NCBI GenBank assembly: GCA_029250825.1
Contig: JAQXEN010000025.1
Location: forward strand, 3,698-67,697
Reading direction: 5' to 3'
Source: Porticoccaceae bacterium
Lineage (GTDB): Bacteria; Pseudomonadota; Gammaproteobacteria; Pseudomonadales; Porticoccaceae
Length of the DNA: 64,000 nt
The notes below the pieces were generated by a model. That model saw only the letters and a program-made list of their open reading frames with translations. It made no database searches and was not told the DNA's origin. Position 1 is the stretch's first letter; every line of letters starts with the position of its first letter. Below, one piece after another: positions 49,814 through 58,957 of this stretch. The position numbers were made by a program, and so were the translations under genes.

Positions 49814-51742
49814 ATGACAGCACTCTCTTCAGCCAGACCCAAGCAGCGCCTTTTAACCTCTATGATTCTGGTGGCAGCCGCTGTGCTAAGCCCAATGAAA
49901 AATTCTATAGCGAGTTCGGTTGAGAGTTCGGTTGAGAGTTCAGTTGAGAGTTCAGTTGAGAGTTTAGTGGAGAGGTCGTTAGATAACTCAGTAAAAAGCC
50001 GATTACAGTCCACAGTGGTAAATACCCAGACCAATGATCAACGCCCCAATGTAGTGGTAATTCTGGTGGATGATGCCGGCCTAACCGACTTCGCCCCCTT
50101 TGGCGGTGAAGCCCGGATGCCGGCCATTCAGACCCTGGCTGACCGCGGCACCAAATTTAGCAACTATTACAGCTCTCCTCTCTGTGCGCCCTCCCGAGCC
50201 ATGCTGCTTACAGGCATCGACAACCACCGCACCGGCATTGCAACCATTCCCGAGATCCTCACGGACAACCAAGTGGGTCAACCGGGCTATTCGATGTTTT
50301 TCGAACCCGGTGTGAGAACACTGGCTGACCGGCTCAAAGCCGCTGGCTACAGCACCTATATGACCGGCAAATGGCATCTTGGTGGCCGCGAACAGGATCT
50401 ACCCAATGGCCACGGCTTCGATCGCTCCTTTGCTCTGGATGCCTCCGGTGCCGATAACTGGGAACAGAAACCCTACATGGGCTTCTATGACTTTGCCCCC
50501 TGGTATGAGGATGGCAAACTGGCTAATCTCCCTGACAATTTTTACTCTTCAAAGTTTATTGTCGACCGAATGATCAGCTATCTGGAGAGCGACAAACAAC
50601 CAATATCACGGCAACCCTTTTTCTCTTATTTGGCGTTTCAGGCCATTCATATACCGGTGCAGGCACCCCGAGAGATAACCGAGAGCTACAACGGAACCTA
50701 TGATCAGGGCTGGCATGTGCTGCGCAAAGCGCGCCATCAGCGGGCTATAGATCTGGGCCTGATTGCCCCTGACACAGCCCTAGCCGAGATGCCTGCCAAT
50801 AGCAGAGACTGGGAGAGCCTGTCCCCAGAGGACCGAGCACTCTATGCCCGCGCCATGCAGGTGCAAGCGGCAATGCTGGAGTCTATGGACAGTCACATCG
50901 GCCGTTTTATTGACTATCTCAGCAGCCGCGGAGAACTGGACAACACGCTGTTTATCCTCACCTCAGACAATGGACCTGAACCCAGCTATCCCATTGATGT
51001 CCCCGGTATGAAAATGTGGATGAGTTTTAACGGCTATAACCATCGACTGGATAATCTAGGCGAGCAAGGCAGCATGGTGGCTATAGGGCCAGAGTGGGCC
51101 AGCGCCAGTGCTGCGCCATTAAATTTATTCAAGTTTTATGCCGCTGAGGGAGGTATTCGAGTGCCCTTGATTATTGCCGGACCCAATATAGTGCAACAGG
51201 ACTGGCAGCAGGCAATGGCCTTGGTTACCGATATAACGCCTACAGTGCTGGATTATCTTGGGGTCTCTAACAGGGTCTCTAACAGGGGGTCAAATGAGGT
51301 TTCAATCACTGGGCGCAGCATGATGCCGTTACTCAATGGCTCCGCCACTGCCATCTATGCCGAGGATGACGCCATCGGCATGGAGGTCTCTGGAAACTCT
51401 GCGCTGATCAGAGGCGATTACAAGCTCAGTCGCAATACCCCGCCCTACGGTGACAATATCTGGCGACTCTATAATCTCGCCCTTGATCCCAGCGAGAGTA
51501 ATAACCTCAGCACCCAGCAGCCCGAAATATTTGACCTGATGATGGCGGAGTATCAGCGCTATGAAAGGGAGTTTGGCGTGATTCCTCCAGCTTCGGATTT
51601 TGACCATATCAAGCAGGCCAGACACAATTCACTGAAAAAGATTCTACTCAACAATTGGCCTAGGCTGACTGTTATCGCGGTGACCGCTGTGCTGTTGCTC
51701 TGGTGGATCATCCGCATTATTTATTGGCGCAGGCAAGTTTAG
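49814..51742 (+). CDS. Cys-type sulfatase with SVES-repeat N-terminal linker and a C-terminal transmembrane tail
   Basis: 642 aa with VDDAGLTDF and the signature SSPLCAPSRAMLLTG. The C-terminus LTVIAVTAVLLLWWIIRIIYWRRQV is hydrophobic followed by basic residues. Confidence 0.85.
   Translation: MTALSSARPKQRLLTSMILVAAAVLSPMKNSIASSVESSVESSVESSVESLVERSLDNSVKSRLQSTVVNTQTNDQRPNVVVILVDDAGLTDFAPFGGEARMPAIQTLADRGTKFSNYYSSPLCAPSRAMLLTGIDNHRTGIATIPEILTDNQVGQPGYSMFFEPGVRTLADRLKAAGYSTYMTGKWHLGGREQDLPNGHGFDRSFALDASGADNWEQKPYMGFYDFAPWYEDGKLANLPDNFYSSKFIVDRMISYLESDKQPISRQPFFSYLAFQAIHIPVQAPREITESYNGTYDQGWHVLRKARHQRAIDLGLIAPDTALAEMPANSRDWESLSPEDRALYARAMQVQAAMLESMDSHIGRFIDYLSSRGELDNTLFILTSDNGPEPSYPIDVPGMKMWMSFNGYNHRLDNLGEQGSMVAIGPEWASASAAPLNLFKFYAAEGGIRVPLIIAGPNIVQQDWQQAMALVTDITPTVLDYLGVSNRVSNRGSNEVSITGRSMMPLLNGSATAIYAEDDAIGMEVSGNSALIRGDYKLSRNTPPYGDNIWRLYNLALDPSESNNLSTQQPEIFDLMMAEYQRYEREFGVIPPASDFDHIKQARHNSLKKILLNNWPRLTVIAVTAVLLLWWIIRIIYWRRQV
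49913..49984. repeat. in-frame 12-bp tandem repeat, about 6 units, inside the sulfatase gene (encodes SSVE repeats)
   Basis: AGTTCGGTTGAG x2, AGTTCAGTTGAG x2, then AGTTTAGTGGAG and AGGTCGTTAGAT (degenerate). Confidence 0.8.
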
Positions 51743-51929
51743 AAAGATAGGTTTTCCTGCAGGCTGTATGCACGGTCTATATATGCGGGGCTATAACTAT
51801 TATAAGCGCAACAATTATTGACGCTTGTTGTGCCGATTTATATAGTACCGACCGATTAATATTTAAATAAAAAGCTCAGTTGGCATCGACCAAGGGCACA
51901 AATTTAAGACATCCTAAAGGGGAGTTACC

Positions 51930-52901
51930 ATGAAAACCAAAATTACCGAGATGCTCGGCATAGAACATCCGATCATTCAGGGCGGCATGCACCACGTCGG
52001 TCTAGCGGAGCTTGCCGCTGCCGTCTCCAATGCCGGCGGCCTCGGTATTATCACCGGCCTGACTCAGGGTACCCCGGAAAAACTGGCCAATGAAATCGCC
52101 CGCTGTCGCGCCATGACCGACAAGCCCTTCGGCGTCAATCTCACGTTTTTACCCTCGGTGACACCTCCAGATTACCCGGGTTTGATTCAGGCTATTATTG
52201 AAGGTGGCGTCAAGGTGGTTGAAACCGCCGGCAACAATCCCGCCAAGTGGCTGCCGATTCTTAAAGAGCACGATATAAAAGTTATTCATAAGTGCACCTC
52301 TGTGCGCCACGCCCTAAAAGCTCAGGCGATTGGCTGCGATGCTGTTTCAGTGGATGGTTTTGAGTGCGGTGGCCACCCCGGTGAAGACGATATCCCGAAT
52401 TTTATTTTGCTGCCCCGCGCTGCGGATGAACTGACTATTCCCTTTGTCGCCTCTGGCGGCATGGCCGATGGCCGCAGTCTAGTTGCCGCGCTGGCTATGG
52501 GTGCCGAAGGTATGAATATGGGCACACGCTTTATTGTCACTGAGGAGGCGCCAGTGCATGAAAATGTTAAGCAGGCTATTTTGGCAGCCAGCGAGCTGGA
52601 CACCCGGTTGGTTATGCGCCCACTGCGCAATACCGAGCGCGTACTCAACAACCCCGGCGTTGAACGCCTGTTAGAAAAAGAAGCCACTCTGGGCAGTGAT
52701 ATTAAGTTTGAAGATATTGCGCCAGAGGTTGCCGGTGTCTATCCAAGGGTTATGAAGGACGGTGATATGGATGTGGGCGCTTGGTCCTGCGGTATGGTGG
52801 CCGGTTTAATCTATGACAAGCCCACCGTGCAGGAATTGGTCGACCGAATTATGTCAGAGGCGGACAGTCTGATCTCTGAACGTCTGAAGAACTTTCTATA
52901 G
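51930..52901 (+). CDS. nitronate monooxygenase (NMO family, FMN TIM barrel)
   Basis: 323 aa with HPIIQGGMHHVG, ECGGHPGE and ASGGMADGR. Confidence 0.8.
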   Translation: MKTKITEMLGIEHPIIQGGMHHVGLAELAAAVSNAGGLGIITGLTQGTPEKLANEIARCRAMTDKPFGVNLTFLPSVTPPDYPGLIQAIIEGGVKVVETAGNNPAKWLPILKEHDIKVIHKCTSVRHALKAQAIGCDAVSVDGFECGGHPGEDDIPNFILLPRAADELTIPFVASGGMADGRSLVAALAMGAEGMNMGTRFIVTEEAPVHENVKQAILAASELDTRLVMRPLRNTERVLNNPGVERLLEKEATLGSDIKFEDIAPEVAGVYPRVMKDGDMDVGAWSCGMVAGLIYDKPTVQELVDRIMSEADSLISERLKNFL

Positions 52902-52970
52902 CAGTGGATCTTAATAGCTGCTGCTTTAAATAGCAGCAGCGCTCCAGCAACATAATTTTAGGACTTAAAA

Positions 52971-53735
52971 ATGGCTACAAATATTTTTGATCTAACAGGA
53001 AAAATCGCGTTAGTCACCGGTGCCAGCCGGGGAATTGGCGAAGCAATTGCCAAACTACTCGCAGAGCAAGGCGCCCATGTTATCGTCTCCAGTCGAAAAT
53101 TGGATGGCTGCCAAGCGGTGGCTGATCAGATCACGGCAGAGGGCGGCAGTGCCGAGGCATTGGCCTGTCACGTGGGGAGTATGGAACAGATTGAAGAGGC
53201 CTTTGCAACGATCAAAAGCAAGTTCGGCAAGCTCGATATTCTGGTGAATAACGCGGCCACCAATCCCTACTTTGGGCATATTCTCGACACTGATCTCGGC
53301 GCTTATACCAAAACCGTTGATGTGAATATCCGCGGCTATTTCTTTATGTCTATCGAAGCCGGCAAGCTAATGCGCGAGAATGGCGGCGGTTCGATTGTTA
53401 ACACTGCATCTATTAATGCACTGCAGCCCGGTGCTATGCAGGGTATTTACTCGATTACCAAAGCCGCAGTAGTGAATATGACGAAGTCATTTGCGAAAGA
53501 ATGTGGCGGTCTGGGCATTCGCGTCAATGCCCTGCTCCCGGGTTTCACCAAAACCCAGTTTGCCGGTGCGCTGTTTACCGATGATAAAATCTATCAGTCA
53601 GCAATCGCGCAGATTCCCATGAAACGCCATGCGGAGCCCAGTGAAATGGCAGGCACCGTGCTCTATTTAGTCTCTGATGCATCCAGCTACACCAATGGAG
53701 AATGTATTGTTGTGGACGGCGGTATGACGCTTTAA
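52971..53735 (+). CDS. short-chain dehydrogenase/reductase (SDR)
   Basis: 254 aa with VTGASRGIG, NNAA and YSITK. Confidence 0.85.
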   Translation: MATNIFDLTGKIALVTGASRGIGEAIAKLLAEQGAHVIVSSRKLDGCQAVADQITAEGGSAEALACHVGSMEQIEEAFATIKSKFGKLDILVNNAATNPYFGHILDTDLGAYTKTVDVNIRGYFFMSIEAGKLMRENGGGSIVNTASINALQPGAMQGIYSITKAAVVNMTKSFAKECGGLGIRVNALLPGFTKTQFAGALFTDDKIYQSAIAQIPMKRHAEPSEMAGTVLYLVSDASSYTNGECIVVDGGMTL

Positions 53736-53749
53736 GCCCTTGATCATGA

Positions 53750-53774
53750 CAGCCCTCAGTATTTTCGAGGGCTG
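53750..53774 (+). terminator. stem-loop downstream of the SDR gene (possible terminator; no clear U-run)
   Basis: CAGCCCTC (53750-53757) pairs with GAGGGCTG (53767-53774), with a 9-nt loop. Confidence 0.35.
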
Positions 53775-53852
53775 ACTAGGTCTATTCCCCTGCAAAACTA
53801 AAATCATCATCTATACTGAGGTAAAAGGTGTTTTTAGTTGGGGGGCTAAACC

Positions 53853-54602
53853 ATGAACTTTTGCTTCCGTATTAATCATTCATGTTCTAATTATTTATCA
53901 GCAATAATTATTCTCGTGCTATTTGCACTGGGATTCCCTGCTCAAGGCGAATCCAAAGTGTGGTCTGAGAGAAAGTTTGATAGAACCATTCTCAGTATCG
54001 ATAAAGATATCCGGCGCAAGCGTTGGGAAAAAGTGATAAAACGCAGTCAACAAGCATTGCCTCAATGTCGCGCGCTGTATTCAGAAAAGACGACAAGATG
54101 CATTCTGATCCTAAGAAATATTAATCAAAGTTACGAAAAAATTCGCGCATTTAATCCAGATAAGGCGCAGATTGAAGGTGCCTATAGATTATCTTCCGAG
54201 GTATTGGGCCAAGCCCATTCCACTACCAACAGCGCCCGAGATTACTACTACAAGTATCTGATTTTCAATGAGCACTATGCCGAAGCCATTCCTCTTCTCA
54301 TGGAGATTATCAACCTTGAAAAGAATGGCGCTAACGATGCCTATCAATTAATGGAGCGCTACAAGCAGCTTTATGCCCTGGAAGGCTTGACCGAGAACTG
54401 GCCTGCTGAGGAAGTCGCATTAACCAAAGTGATGAGCCTAGCCCAACAAGTTCTGGGCAGAGACAGTGAGGATTTTAAGGCCGCGGCGGAAGCACTCGCC
54501 TACAACTTCTGCATACAAAAAAAATACTATGAATACTTTGAACTTATACGAAAAGAGCAGCAGGAAATCGCCTGTTTCTCAGCCCCTAACATCAGCCCCT
54601 AA
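53853..54602 (+). CDS. hypothetical secreted/anchored helical protein (no recognisable family)
   Basis: 249 aa with an N-terminal hydrophobic segment (LSAIIILVLFALGFPAQG). Visibly more AT-rich than its neighbours, with helical-repeat-like composition. Confidence 0.45.
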   Translation: MNFCFRINHSCSNYLSAIIILVLFALGFPAQGESKVWSERKFDRTILSIDKDIRRKRWEKVIKRSQQALPQCRALYSEKTTRCILILRNINQSYEKIRAFNPDKAQIEGAYRLSSEVLGQAHSTTNSARDYYYKYLIFNEHYAEAIPLLMEIINLEKNGANDAYQLMERYKQLYALEGLTENWPAEEVALTKVMSLAQQVLGRDSEDFKAAAEALAYNFCIQKKYYEYFELIRKEQQEIACFSAPNISP

Positions 54603-54619
54603 CACCAGCCCCAACAATT

Positions 54620-54659
54620 AAAAAACCCAGCTATTGGCAACAACAGCGGGGTTTCTTTT
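54620..54659. terminator. bidirectional terminator-like hairpin between convergent genes
   Basis: AAAAAACCCAGC ... GCGGGGTTTCTTTT: an imperfect stem flanked by an A-run and a T-run. Confidence 0.45.
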
Positions 54660-54706
54660 AAGAGCTCTTAGCACCTGATGATTAGGCTGCCAATTTTCTA
54701 AGGCCT

Positions 54707-55897
54707 CTAAACGTTTTCAAGCTGATAATAATCCATCAAAATCTTCGCCACTTCTGGACGAGAAAATTCAGGCGGCGGCGCTATACCATCACCCAACATC
54801 TGACGAACCTTGGTGCCAGACAATAAAATAAAGTCGTCTTTGGTGTGACCTTCAGCTTCGTTCATCATCACTACACGCTCTAGCTTCTTAGAAAATGCCG
54901 TGTGGTCAGCATTAAAGATTTCAATTTCCAATGCACCTGCAGGTACCTTTTCAGCAAAGATAGTCTGGGCATCAAAGGCTCCATAATAGTCACCAACACC
55001 AGCGTGATCGCGACCTACAATCAGGTGGGTACAACCCATATTCTGACGGAACACTGCGTGCAGCACTGCTTCACGGGGTCCCGCATAGAGCATATCAAAG
55101 CCATAACCTGTCACCATTACGCTGTTCTCAGGGAAGTACAGCTCAACCATCTTGCGAATACAGTCATCGCGTACTGAGGCTGGAATATCACCCTGCTTAA
55201 GCTTGCCGAGCAGCATATGTACAACGATACCATCAGCGCCCAAACGCTCCATTGCCATATGGCAGAGCTCCTCATGAGCGCGGTGCATCGGGTTGCGAGT
55301 TTGGAAGGCGACAACTTTGTTCCATCCACGCTCAGTAATCTCATTGCGAATCTCAGTTGCCGTACGGAACGTGTCGGGGAAATCAGCCTGAAAGTAACTC
55401 AGGTTCAAGACCTGAATATCACCAGAAATCAGATAATTGCCCAGATCATTAAAGGTCGCAACACCTGGATGCTGAGGATCAACGGTGGCAAAAATATCTG
55501 CCGCCATAGATTGAATCTGCTCAGGGCTGACCTCTTCAATTGCCGCTACGTCCATCAATGCGATAATTGGGTGACCCTCGGTGTTGGGATCTCTCAAGGC
55601 AATGCGACTGGCGCCATCAATAGCAGAGATATCCTTGGTTAGATTGATCACAGGAACGGGCCAAAATAGCCCTTCAGTAGTATGGAGAGATGCGGAAACA
55701 CTGAGTGCATCAGCAAGGTTCATATAGCCGGTCAAGGGATTAAAATACCCGGCACCGAGCATAACCGCATTGGCGGCGGCCGCTGAGTTGAGCAGCAGTG
55801 GTGGCAGAGACTCTGCCTCCTGCAACAGCGCTTGGCGCTGAGCATCATCGACTAAAAGGGGGTTTAAACTGTCTGATCCGTGGGGCTTGATAATCAA
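54707..55897 (-). CDS. sat: sulfate adenylyltransferase (homo-oligomeric Sat type)
   Basis: 396 aa with the ATP-sulfurylase motifs FQTRNPMHRAHEEL and VGRDHAGVG. Confidence 0.9.
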   Translation of the reverse strand: MIIKPHGSDSLNPLLVDDAQRQALLQEAESLPPLLLNSAAAANAVMLGAGYFNPLTGYMNLADALSVSASLHTTEGLFWPVPVINLTKDISAIDGASRIALRDPNTEGHPIIALMDVAAIEEVSPEQIQSMAADIFATVDPQHPGVATFNDLGNYLISGDIQVLNLSYFQADFPDTFRTATEIRNEITERGWNKVVAFQTRNPMHRAHEELCHMAMERLGADGIVVHMLLGKLKQGDIPASVRDDCIRKMVELYFPENSVMVTGYGFDMLYAGPREAVLHAVFRQNMGCTHLIVGRDHAGVGDYYGAFDAQTIFAEKVPAGALEIEIFNADHTAFSKKLERVVMMNEAEGHTKDDFILLSGTKVRQMLGDGIAPPPEFSRPEVAKILMDYYQLENV

Positions 55898-56026
55898 AAG
55901 GTGTTTCTCCGTTATTTTCTTAGTGAGTCATATAATAGTTAGTCATAGCGAGTGCAAGTGATAGTGAGTGCATGTAATAAAGTGAACACTGTTTATCGGA
56001 ATAGCGCCAAATAGCTATCCAGGAAA

Positions 56027-56641
56027 CTAGGCAATAAAACCCTGCTCTTCAAGGTAGTTCATAATCAAAGACACCTCTTGCTCAAGTGTCATCTGATCGG
56101 TGTGCAGATGGATCTCTGGGCCATTGGGCGCTTCGTAGGGATCATCGATACCGGTAAAATTTTTAATCTCTCCGGCCCGGGCTTTTTTATACAGACCTTT
56201 AGGGTCACGCTGCTCAGCTTCCGCGAGAGAGCAGTCGACAAAAATCTCAATAAAAGCAAAATTAGACTCAAGGTGTAGCGCCCTAACCTGATCCCGGTCG
56301 GCACGATAGGGACTGATAAAGCTCGACAGTGCAATAACACCGGAATCGACAAATAGCTTGGCGATCTCTCCAATGCGGCGAATATTTTCCGTGCGATCCT
56401 CAGCCGAGAAGCCGAGATTTTTATTGATCCCAAGGCGGATATTGTCACCATCCAGTCGATAGCTTAGCTTGCCGCGCTCGAACAGTGCTTTTTCCAGCGC
56501 CACAGCAACGGTACTTTTACCGCTACCTGAAAGCCCTGTAAACCACAGGGTTGCGCCCTTCTGACCCAGCAGTGCACTGCGATCATCAATAGTAATATCG
56601 CCGTCGTGCCAGGTTACATTTGTCGATTTTTGCTCAGCCAT
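56027..56641 (-). CDS. cysC: adenylylsulfate (APS) kinase
   Basis: 204 aa with P-loop [18 protein letters not shown] and SFISPYR. Confidence 0.9.
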   Translation of the reverse strand: MAEQKSTNVTWHDGDITIDDRSALLGQKGATLWFTGLSGSGKSTVAVALEKALFERGKLSYRLDGDNIRLGINKNLGFSAEDRTENIRRIGEIAKLFVDSGVIALSSFISPYRADRDQVRALHLESNFAFIEIFVDCSLAEAEQRDPKGLYKKARAGEIKNFTGIDDPYEAPNGPEIHLHTDQMTLEQEVSLIMNYLEEQGFIA

Positions 56642-56761
56642 GAGAGGGTTCCTTTCCTTAGGTTAAGAGCAACGATATTAGAAGCTTTAAATATATAAGT
56701 AAAACAGGATATTATGTTTATCATAATCGATTAAATCGATAACTATTGCTAGGTAAACAAA

Positions 56762-57643
56762 ATGAAATACAGCCTTCGGCAACTACAGATATTTCTCAGT
56801 ATCGCCCGCTATGAAAATATATCCAAAGCCGCGGAACAGCTACATATGTCTCAGTCTGCGGCTAGCTCGGCCCTGCAGACCCTCGAACAGGCCTTTAATA
56901 TCAGCCTATTTAATCGCAGCGGCAAAAAACTCGAGCTCAATGAGGTGGGCAAAACACTGCGCACCAAGGCCGAGGTACTAATTGCTCAGGCCAAAGAGTT
57001 TGAGCAGGCGCTTCAGGGCCACAGTGATATTGGCCACCTTAAAGTGGGCGCCAGCTTTACCATTGGCAATCATCTGGCGGTGAGCTATCTGGCCGGCTAT
57101 CTGGCCCGTCATCCGGAAGCCCAAGTGGATATCAATGTTGCCAACAGCTCTGATGTCGCGGCTCAGGTGGCCAACTATGAGGTGGATATCGGCATGATTG
57201 AGGGTGCTATACAGCATCGAGATCTGGAGTTGATTCCCTGGCGCGAAGATCGCCTAGTGGTTTTTTGTAGCCCTTCTCACCCCCTGGCAAAAAAACAGCA
57301 CCTCACCGATGCCGATATTCTGTCAGCCAGATGGATTCTCCGAGAGCCTGAGTCCGGAGCGCGACACACATTTAACAGCGCTTTGGCTGGGCTGATGCCC
57401 AAGCTCGATATTTACCTGCAATTTAAGCACAATGAGGCGATTAAAAAGGCCGTAGAAGCAGGACTTGGTATTGGCTGCCTCTCCGAGATTGTGCTGCAAA
57501 ATAATTTTAAGAGCGGCGAGCTAGTGCCACTGACGTTACCGAAACGGGATATGACTCGAACCTTTTATTTTGTGCTACCCAAAAACCGCCATAAAACAAT
57601 TGCCACTGACTGGTGGATAGAGGAATGCAATAGCACCGACTAA
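56762..57643 (+). CDS. LysR-family transcriptional regulator (divergent from cysC-sat)
   Basis: HTH LRQLQIFLSIARYENISKAAEQLHMSQSAASSALQTLE plus a LysR substrate-binding domain. Confidence 0.85.
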   Translation: MKYSLRQLQIFLSIARYENISKAAEQLHMSQSAASSALQTLEQAFNISLFNRSGKKLELNEVGKTLRTKAEVLIAQAKEFEQALQGHSDIGHLKVGASFTIGNHLAVSYLAGYLARHPEAQVDINVANSSDVAAQVANYEVDIGMIEGAIQHRDLELIPWREDRLVVFCSPSHPLAKKQHLTDADILSARWILREPESGARHTFNSALAGLMPKLDIYLQFKHNEAIKKAVEAGLGIGCLSEIVLQNNFKSGELVPLTLPKRDMTRTFYFVLPKNRHKTIATDWWIEECNSTD

Positions 57644-57741
57644 TGACTGCAAAAACTGGCACTGAGCAGCGGATTGTGGCAATAATGTAAGCGTGATAGC
57701 ACTAAATAATTCTAATAATAATCGACTAGTGGACTGAGACT

Positions 57742-58920
57742 ATGCGCGCTCTGGAAAATCTTAAAATTCTCGACTTTACCACTCTGGTACCCGGTCCTTT
57801 TGCCACCATGATGTTGGCTGATATGGGTGCCGATGTGCTGCGCATTGAGTCTCCAACTCGCCCGGATATGCTGCGCAGCATGCCACCCTTTGCGGACGGT
57901 CAGTCAACTGCCCACGGCACACTTAATCGCAATAAGCGCTCAATTGCTCTGGATCTGAAAAATCCCGAGGCGGTGGCTATAGCCAAGCGTTTGGTCGAGG
58001 ACTATGACATTGTTATTGAACAGTTTCGTCCCGGGGTAATGCAGCGTCTGGGTCTGAGCTATAAACAGCTTTTGGAGATCAATCCCAAGCTTATTTACTG
58101 TTCGGTGACCGGCTATGGTCAGACTGGGCCCTATCGCGATCGCGCCGGTCACGATAATAATTACCTCTCGATTTCTGGGCTCAATGGCTACTCTGGGCGC
58201 GGCGGTGACCGCACACCGATTATAGGCATGCCCGTGGCGGATATCGCCGGTGGCTCGATGCATGCAGTAATCGGTATTCTGGCGGCGGTCAATCAGCGTC
58301 ATATCAGCGGTGAGGGCCAGCAGATTGATATTAGTATGACTGATGCCATGTTCTCTCTTAACGCCCTATTTGGCTCCACCTATCTCGGCGCTGGAGTGGA
58401 GCCCACCTCTGGTTCAATGTCCCTAAACGGCGGCAGCTTTTACGATTATTATCGGACGTCAGATAACCGCTATCTGTCGATTGGTAGCTTAGAGCCTCAG
58501 TTTTTCCAAGTGCTCTGCGAGACCCTAGAAGACGATCGTTTACTGGCCCTGGGCAATCAGCAGGATCCCGAGAGTCAGCAAGCTCTGAGAGCGCATTTGG
58601 ATGAGATTATTGCGTGTAAAACACTGGCCCAGTGGCGTGAGATTTTTAGAGAAAAAGAAGCCTGTGTCGAGCCGGTGCTGACGTTCCCAGAAGCCTGCGA
58701 GTTTCAAGATGCGGCCCAGAGGGCCATGATTGTCGATGTGAAAACACCTACCGGTGGCAGTCAGCGTCAGGTTGGCAGCGCCCTAAAGTTATCCAAATCA
58801 TCGCCCAAGTACGGCACATCCGGTGGCGCCATTGGCCAACACTCGCTTGAGATATTAGATGAGCTGGGTTTTGACAGTGACGCTATCGCAGCACTGCGGA
58901 GTAGTGGCGCGTTAGGCTGA
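57742..58920 (+). CDS. family III CoA-transferase (CaiB/BaiF; alpha-methylacyl-CoA racemase-like)
   Basis: 392 aa with LKILDFTTLVPGPFATMMLADMGADVLRIE and GHDNNYL. Confidence 0.85.
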   Translation: MRALENLKILDFTTLVPGPFATMMLADMGADVLRIESPTRPDMLRSMPPFADGQSTAHGTLNRNKRSIALDLKNPEAVAIAKRLVEDYDIVIEQFRPGVMQRLGLSYKQLLEINPKLIYCSVTGYGQTGPYRDRAGHDNNYLSISGLNGYSGRGGDRTPIIGMPVADIAGGSMHAVIGILAAVNQRHISGEGQQIDISMTDAMFSLNALFGSTYLGAGVEPTSGSMSLNGGSFYDYYRTSDNRYLSIGSLEPQFFQVLCETLEDDRLLALGNQQDPESQQALRAHLDEIIACKTLAQWREIFREKEACVEPVLTFPEACEFQDAAQRAMIVDVKTPTGGSQRQVGSALKLSKSSPKYGTSGGAIGQHSLEILDELGFDSDAIAALRSSGALG

Positions 58921-58957
58921 CGTTCGGATAGCCGTTGAATAGAGCTTAACTGCCAAA

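Noticed and set aside
49693-50034. 113-aa minus-strand ORF with ELST repeats.
   Set aside because: It is the antisense reading of the sulfatase SSVE 12-bp repeat and overlaps the sulfatase 5' end. The repeat explains the open frame.
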